Shown here piece by piece: positions 58,929 through 64,000 of a DNA stretch of 64,000 nucleotides; within the stretch, counting starts at the first letter, position 1; each line of letters opens with the position of its first letter. Origin of the DNA: Treponemataceae bacterium (lineage in GTDB: Bacteria; Spirochaetota; Spirochaetia; Treponematales; Rectinemataceae). The notes below the pieces were generated by a model that saw nothing but the letters and a program-made list of their open reading frames with translations, did no database searches and was not told the DNA's origin. A program made the translations under genes and the position numbers. Location: positions 1 through 64,000 of the forward strand of contig CAXXHO010000004.1 in assembly GCA_963667725.2 (NCBI GenBank), in the 5' to 3' direction.

Positions 58929-60052
58929 TTTCCCCTCCAAATATTTATATCAACAATTTTAGCATAGCTCTGGATTATTTTTACAATCTTTGCCGAAACA
59001 TTCTCATCCTTATAATCCTGCGAAGTTTCTGTTAATTCATTATTTTCCCACATTGCCCTGCACATTTCGACTGCCTGTAGAATATCACATTCATAAATTC
59101 CACCAATGACAATGGTTCCTTTATCCAATACTTCCGGCCTTTCCGTCGATGTGCGAATAAGAACCGCAGGAAAACCCAACATAGCTGATTCTTCAGAGAG
59201 GGTTCCCGAGTCAGAAAGTACACAAAAAGCATCTTTCTGGAGTCTATTGTATTCAAAGAAGCCAAAAGGCTTGAGTTGCCTGACTAATTTGTGAAACTTG
59301 AAACCTCTTTCCTCGATGCGTTTCCATGAACGAGGATGTGTTGAATAAACTACTGGGAGGCCATAAGTATCTGCAACTTTATTGACCGCATTCATCAGTG
59401 ACAAGAAGTGTTCCTCGTTATCAACATTCTCTTCGCGGTGCGCTGATACGACGATATATTTACCTGGTTTCAGTCCGAGCTCTTGAAGCACTTTACTTGC
59501 TTCGATTTTTTCTTTATTCTTCGTTAGCACCTCCGCCATTGGAGAGCCTGTTACGAATATATACTCTTTTTGTATTCCTTCTGAAAGAAGATAACGCCTC
59601 GAATGCTCGGTATACGGCAAGTTAATGTCACTTATATGATCTACTATCTTTCTATTGATTTCTTCCGGCACATTTTGGTCAAAACAACGATTCCCTGCTT
59701 CCATGTGAAAGATTGGTATCTTTAATCGCTTCGCCGATATTGCGCACAAAGCGCTATTTGTGTCTCCAAGAATTAGGAGCGCATTGGGTGCTTCCGCTTT
59801 AAGCACCTCATATGATTTTGCAATAATATTCCCCATCGTCTCACCAAGGTGAGCGCCAACAGCATCTAAATAGTAATCTGGGGCCCTCAACCCAAGTTCT
59901 TCGAAAAATATTTGATTCAACGTATAATCATAATTTTGTCCGGTATGAACAAGGATATGATTAAAGTACCTATCACATGCTTTTATGCACTCAGAGAGAC
60001 GAATAATCTCAGGGCGAGTGCCAATAATGGTCATTACTTTAAGCTTTTCCAC
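58925..60052 (-). CDS. fnlC: UDP-L-FucNAc pathway 2-epimerase (FnlC/WbjD/CapG)
   Basis: GTRPEIIRLS, HTGQNYD, HMEAGNR, PEEINR, SDSGT; GTG start 60052. Confidence 0.92.
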   Translation of the reverse strand: MEKLKVMTIIGTRPEIIRLSECIKACDRYFNHILVHTGQNYDYTLNQIFFEELGLRAPDYYLDAVGAHLGETMGNIIAKSYEVLKAEAPNALLILGDTNSALCAISAKRLKIPIFHMEAGNRCFDQNVPEEINRKIVDHISDINLPYTEHSRRYLLSEGIQKEYIFVTGSPMAEVLTKNKEKIEASKVLQELGLKPGKYIVVSAHREENVDNEEHFLSLMNAVNKVADTYGLPVVYSTHPRSWKRIEERGFKFHKLVRQLKPFGFFEYNRLQKDAFCVLSDSGTLSEESAMLGFPAVLIRTSTERPEVLDKGTIVIGGIYECDILQAVEMCRAMWENNELTETSQDYKDENVSAKIVKIIQSYAKIVDINIWRGK

Positions 60053-61169
60053 ATTCAACCTCGAGGTAGTACGTGTCAGGAGCAGTAGGATTAAATACCT
60101 CATCAGCCCAGAATAGGGTTACAAGTTCAGAACTGCCAATATTCGTTATCGAATGAGTATATCCGACAGGAATATCGATAACTCGCAGTTCATCACCTGA
60201 TACCGGGTATTCCAGTATCTTATCATCGTCAATCTTTCTAAATCGAATCAATGCCTGCCCCTCAACAACCAGGAATTTCTCCACCTTCGTGTGATGCCAG
60301 TGATTCCCTCTGGTGATACCGGGCTTAGTTTTCGATACGAATATTTGTCCGAATGATTGAGACTTGATGAATTCCGCAAGCCATCCTCTATCATCCCGCT
60401 TCATCGCAAGTGGATAACCAAATTCTTCCTCTGGCAGATAGGAAAGCCATGTAGCATAAAGTGCCCGGGCAAAGTCATCATCTAGAGAGGGTATAACAAG
60501 TGTCTTTCGACTCTCCAAGAAAGATTCCAGCATGGCTGCAATCTTTCCGAGCGTTACCTTGAATGTCCGAGACACATAACAGAATCCTGTCTCATCAGGG
60601 TACTTGACCCCATCGAGCGCAGCAAGAAAAGCCTCAGCGACATCATCTATATAAACCAGATGCAGTTCTGTAGATGGATCATTAATCTGGATGGGCAGAC
60701 CATGCGTCGTATTATAGCACCAGGTAGCGATTACAGAATTGTAATTGGGACGACACCATTTACCGAATACATTCGGAAGCCTAAATATAAACACCGGTGC
60801 ACTTGAGGCCTTGGCGTATTCACGAATAGCTTCTTCTGCGCCCAGCTTGCTCTTACCATATGGATTATCAAGGCCGGCCTGAATAGATGAAGAAATGAGA
60901 ATCGGAACTTTTTTATCGCTCAACGAAAGCAACTCAATGAGTTCTTCAGTCAGTCCTCTATTCCCTCTCTCGAACTCAGAAATATCTTTTGGACGATTCA
61001 CTCCAGCTAGGTGAAAGATAAAATCGGCTTTCTTTACCGCCGCAGTCAATTCTTCCTTAGTATTATCAATATCTATACAGATCAGCCGAACATCTTCCCG
61101 CCTCTCCAGGTGCGTACAGAGGTTGCGGCCAATGAAGCCACCAGCACCAGTAACTAAGGCAGTTTTCAT
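60039..61169 (-). CDS. fnlB: FnlB/WbjC/CapF (reductase + cupin)
   Basis: HLAGVNRP, YGKSK, FGKWCRPNYNS, RGNHWHHTK. Confidence 0.93.
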   Translation of the reverse strand: MKTALVTGAGGFIGRNLCTHLERREDVRLICIDIDNTKEELTAAVKKADFIFHLAGVNRPKDISEFERGNRGLTEELIELLSLSDKKVPILISSSIQAGLDNPYGKSKLGAEEAIREYAKASSAPVFIFRLPNVFGKWCRPNYNSVIATWCYNTTHGLPIQINDPSTELHLVYIDDVAEAFLAALDGVKYPDETGFCYVSRTFKVTLGKIAAMLESFLESRKTLVIPSLDDDFARALYATWLSYLPEEEFGYPLAMKRDDRGWLAEFIKSQSFGQIFVSKTKPGITRGNHWHHTKVEKFLVVEGQALIRFRKIDDDKILEYPVSGDELRVIDIPVGYTHSITNIGSSELVTLFWADEVFNPTAPDTYYLEVECGKA

Positions 61170-62191
61170 GATTTCAGGCCCGCAGGAATGAGTTCTTCCT
61201 TTATAAAGTCAAGTTTCAAGAGAAGCTCTTTTACCTCATTCACATCGAGCCGTTTCGTGTTTTCTGAGGTATACTCCCATCCTTGGGAAATCTGCTCTTC
61301 GCCATTAACGAAATACTTATCATAGTTGAGATCGCGGGTATCGGCGGGAATCCGGTAGTAGCCGCCAAGGTCTTCAGCCTTGACCATTTCTTCTCGGGTA
61401 AGCAACGTTTCGTGCAATTTCTCGCCATGCCTCGTCCCTATCACCTTGATCTCATTCGGTGCCTTGAAAAGCTCTTTTACTGCCTGCGCGAGATCAGCGA
61501 TCGTCGAAGCTGGAGCCTTCTGCACGAAAACATCACCAGGGATTGCATTTTTAAATGCGAACACCACCAACTCCACCGCATCTTCGAGCGACATGAGATA
61601 TCGTGTCATATTTGGATCAGTGATGGTGAGCGGCTGCCCGGCTTTGATTTGCTGAACAAACAGAGGGATCACCGAGCCCCGAGAAGCCATGACATTGCCA
61701 TATCTCGTACCACAGATAGTCGTTCGATCGGCAGTCACCGTCCTCGATTTGGCAACCATCACCTTTTCCATCATAGCTTTCGAGATACCCATAGCATTGA
61801 TCGGGTATACCGCTTTGTCGGTGGAAAGGCAGATTACTTTCTTAACGCCATAGTGCACCGCCGCAGTGAGCACGTTGTCGGTACCAATCACATTCGTCCT
61901 TACCGCTTCCATCGGGAAGAACTCGCACGAAGGGACTTGCTTGAGCGCCGCTGCGGAAAAGACATAATCAACACCATGCATCGCGCTCGCGATGCTGGTA
62001 TAATCCCTTACATCACCAATATAAAACTTTATCTTATCATCATGGTAAAGCTTTCTCATGTCATCCTGTTTCTTCTCATCACGGGAGAAAATTCGGATTT
62101 CCTTAATCTCCGTCTTGAGAAAGCGGCGCAATACTGCATTACCGAAGGATCCAGTACCACCAGTAATAAGAAGTGTTTTTCCAGAAAACAT
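61166..62191 (-). CDS. fnlA: FnlA/WbjB/CapE UDP-GlcNAc 4,6-dehydratase/epimerase
   Basis: TGGTGSFG, SRDEKKQ, KQVPSCEF, STDKAVYP, RHGEK, RDLNY. Confidence 0.95.
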   Translation of the reverse strand: MFSGKTLLITGGTGSFGNAVLRRFLKTEIKEIRIFSRDEKKQDDMRKLYHDDKIKFYIGDVRDYTSIASAMHGVDYVFSAAALKQVPSCEFFPMEAVRTNVIGTDNVLTAAVHYGVKKVICLSTDKAVYPINAMGISKAMMEKVMVAKSRTVTADRTTICGTRYGNVMASRGSVIPLFVQQIKAGQPLTITDPNMTRYLMSLEDAVELVVFAFKNAIPGDVFVQKAPASTIADLAQAVKELFKAPNEIKVIGTRHGEKLHETLLTREEMVKAEDLGGYYRIPADTRDLNYDKYFVNGEEQISQGWEYTSENTKRLDVNEVKELLLKLDFIKEELIPAGLKS

Positions 62192-62303
62192 TTATATCTC
62201 CAATACGAATAGTTTTGTTGCTTTATTTATTATCAAAGATATCGGCCTGGCAGGCGCTCAATACGAGTCTTACATAGCCAGTTTCTATGAAGGCGATTGA
62301 TAC

Positions 62304-62374
62304 AATTTAACAAGATGACAGTAAGAACAGGATTTACAGGTTAATCTTGTAGATCCTGTTATCTTGTCGAAATT
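62304..62374. repeat. ACAGGAT-type long imperfect hairpin
   Basis: aacaggatttacagg / cttgtagatcctgtt with outer acaagat / atcttgt; related inverted copy at 62663-62684. Confidence 0.6.
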
Positions 62375-62922
62375 TATGCTATCAAAAAATTTTCAAGGCG
62401 ACATATTCCCTTTCGGGGCAATTCGTCACCAACCTGAGAAAACTGGCTGCACCACAAACCACTTTTTTAGCTCAGTTTGAATACTCGAGGGCAGAGCAAC
62501 CGCCCCGCCCGCGATCGAGCGCATTATCGATCGTAAGATTCACTCGCGGAGAAGGACATGCGCTGGATCCTCGGCTCCGCGGGAATGCAGGATATAAACC
62601 GTCCCGTACGGTGTGCCGCGCTTGGCCTTAGCGCTAATCATGGCCTATCACTTTTTGAAAAGAAATTCGACAGGATTTCAGGATTATTGGGAACGCCGGC
62701 TGCCCTATGGAAAGAAAATCTCGAAGCCGAAAAAGCCTAGTCATCTTTATTTTTTACTGATTTTATCAAGATTAAAAGCATCCGAGCCACATAAACGCCT
62801 CTCCAATCGCGGGGATTGGATTCGCTCTATAGAGGCGGGGACGCCGAGGACGATCCCATCGCGGCCGGAACTCGCTGACGGACTCGCTGCAGGGCTCTTT
62901 GAACAGTATTGAGAAATTCCCA

Positions 62923-62947
62923 AGAATGTTCAAACTTTGAACATTCT
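62923..62947. promoter_or_regulatory. Perfect palindrome, possible operator upstream of the locus
   Basis: agaatgttcaaa-c-tttgaacattct. Confidence 0.45.
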
Positions 62948-63201
62948 ACGATCAGTATCGGCAGGGCACAAGGGAGGTTGCACGAGAAAAATACATCTCC
63001 ACAAAAGAATCTGAAAGATTATTACAAGCATGTTTCATGCCAAAGCTCAATTTCAGCATAAAAGCATTACTTTTTAGCGAAAACTTAATCAATACTGAAC
63101 ACTCTTGCTTCGTGAGAGGTCTCAATGTTTCAAGAAAGCCGCATCAATAACTGAGAAAAAAAGTCGCCTATTCCAGGCCCGCGGAAGAACACCCCTAGCT
63201 C

Positions 63202-63963
63202 CTACCGCTTGAAGCTCGAAATCCGGTAGAAAGGCAGTCCCACGTACTCGTGGAGGGCGGCATAGGAAGTCTCCATGGCGGAGACGCTCGGCAGCCAGTC
63301 CGCCCAGGTGCGGGGCGAGCGCCTAGCCCGATAGTCGGTGGGCGCGGCGACGACCTCCATCCCCGCTTTCTGGAACGCGAGCATCGAGCGCGGCATGTGG
63401 AAGGCGCTCGTAACAAGAATGACGCGCTTGCTTTGCACGAGCCCGGCCACGCCCGAGGCGTTCATCTTGGTGTCGAGGCTCGCCGACTCCAGGGCAATGC
63501 CGGATTTCGGGACGCCCAGGCTCAGCCAGAGGCGCTCGGCGGCCTCGGCCTCGCTGCCTTTCGTCGTTACCGCGTAGGAGGCTCCGCCCGAGTAGATGAG
63601 GGGAAGCTTGAAGCGCCGGGAGAGCTCCAGACCGTAGACGGCCCGCTTTTCGGCCGCCGGCGCCAGGGCGGGCTGGCCGCCGTACTCGGGGGAGACATCG
63701 TTGTAGCCCCCGCCCAGGACGATGACCACCTGCGCCCCTTGGGCGTCCACGAGCGGCGGGTACTTGTCCTCCAGCGGCGCGATGAGGAAGCTTGAAACCG
63801 CTGAGGTCGACAGGAAATACAGGATGAGGACATCGAACACGGCGATCAGGAGGGCCGTTTTGCGCCTTTTAAGGATGAGGAGCAGGACCGCCAGCAGGGC
63901 GAGGGAGAGGAAGAGCCCCGGGGGAAAGGCGAGCGCGCCCAAAATCTTGCCGAGCAGGAACAT
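63202..63963 (-). CDS. YdcF/ElyC-family (DUF218) protein
   Basis: IVLGGG, SGG, E..S.DT..NA, LVTSAFHMPRS, HEYVG; two N-terminal TM helices. Confidence 0.9.
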   Translation of the reverse strand: MFLLGKILGALAFPPGLFLSLALLAVLLLILKRRKTALLIAVFDVLILYFLSTSAVSSFLIAPLEDKYPPLVDAQGAQVVIVLGGGYNDVSPEYGGQPALAPAAEKRAVYGLELSRRFKLPLIYSGGASYAVTTKGSEAEAAERLWLSLGVPKSGIALESASLDTKMNASGVAGLVQSKRVILVTSAFHMPRSMLAFQKAGMEVVAAPTDYRARRSPRTWADWLPSVSAMETSYAALHEYVGLPFYRISSFKR

Positions 63964-64000
63964 GGGTGTAGCATAGAGTACGCTGATGGCTGGAAACAAG

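Noticed and set aside
1..64000. tRNA, rRNA or prophage genes
   Set aside because: None recognised by eye; a tRNAscan/Infernal run would be needed to exclude them.

Overview
This is a 64-kb bacterial window, probably from a high-GC spirochaete (inferred from protein types, not verified). It has four zones. (1) 1-9000: GC-rich housekeeping and envelope genes plus a DUF6364/PIN toxin-antitoxin (TA) pair. (2) 9000-25100: the GC-rich export end of a minus-strand surface-polysaccharide locus (Wzi-like, MarR-like, WecA-like, a 2115-aa SLBB-repeat exporter, Wzz-like, rmlD-like, rmlB), with Fic and HipA/HTH modules inserted. (3) 22800-29660, overlapping zone 2: an array in which genes are separated by a ~35-bp oriented palindrome (AAGTTRAMA-N3-GGGGTC-A-GACCCC-GR-N-TKTTAACTT). 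The genes are rmlD-like, rmlB, an HUH/RAYT-type Y1 transposase, AbiEii, AbiEi and AbrB/VapC. The palindrome supplies the stop codon of several of them. One copy is split exactly by an IS110/IS1111 element whose non-coding end carries guide-like matches to the palindrome. (4) 30850-62200: an AT-rich Wzx/Wzy block encoding L-FucNAc (fnlABC) and a modified legionaminic-type nonulosonate pathway. It carries IS5 (interrupted by IS1634), IS66, IS200, an IS5-derived MITE and IS630. The best candidate for an undescribed system is the palindrome-delimited, RAYT-associated cassette-like array and the RNA-guided IS that targets it. All calls come from reading the sequence; no database search was run.
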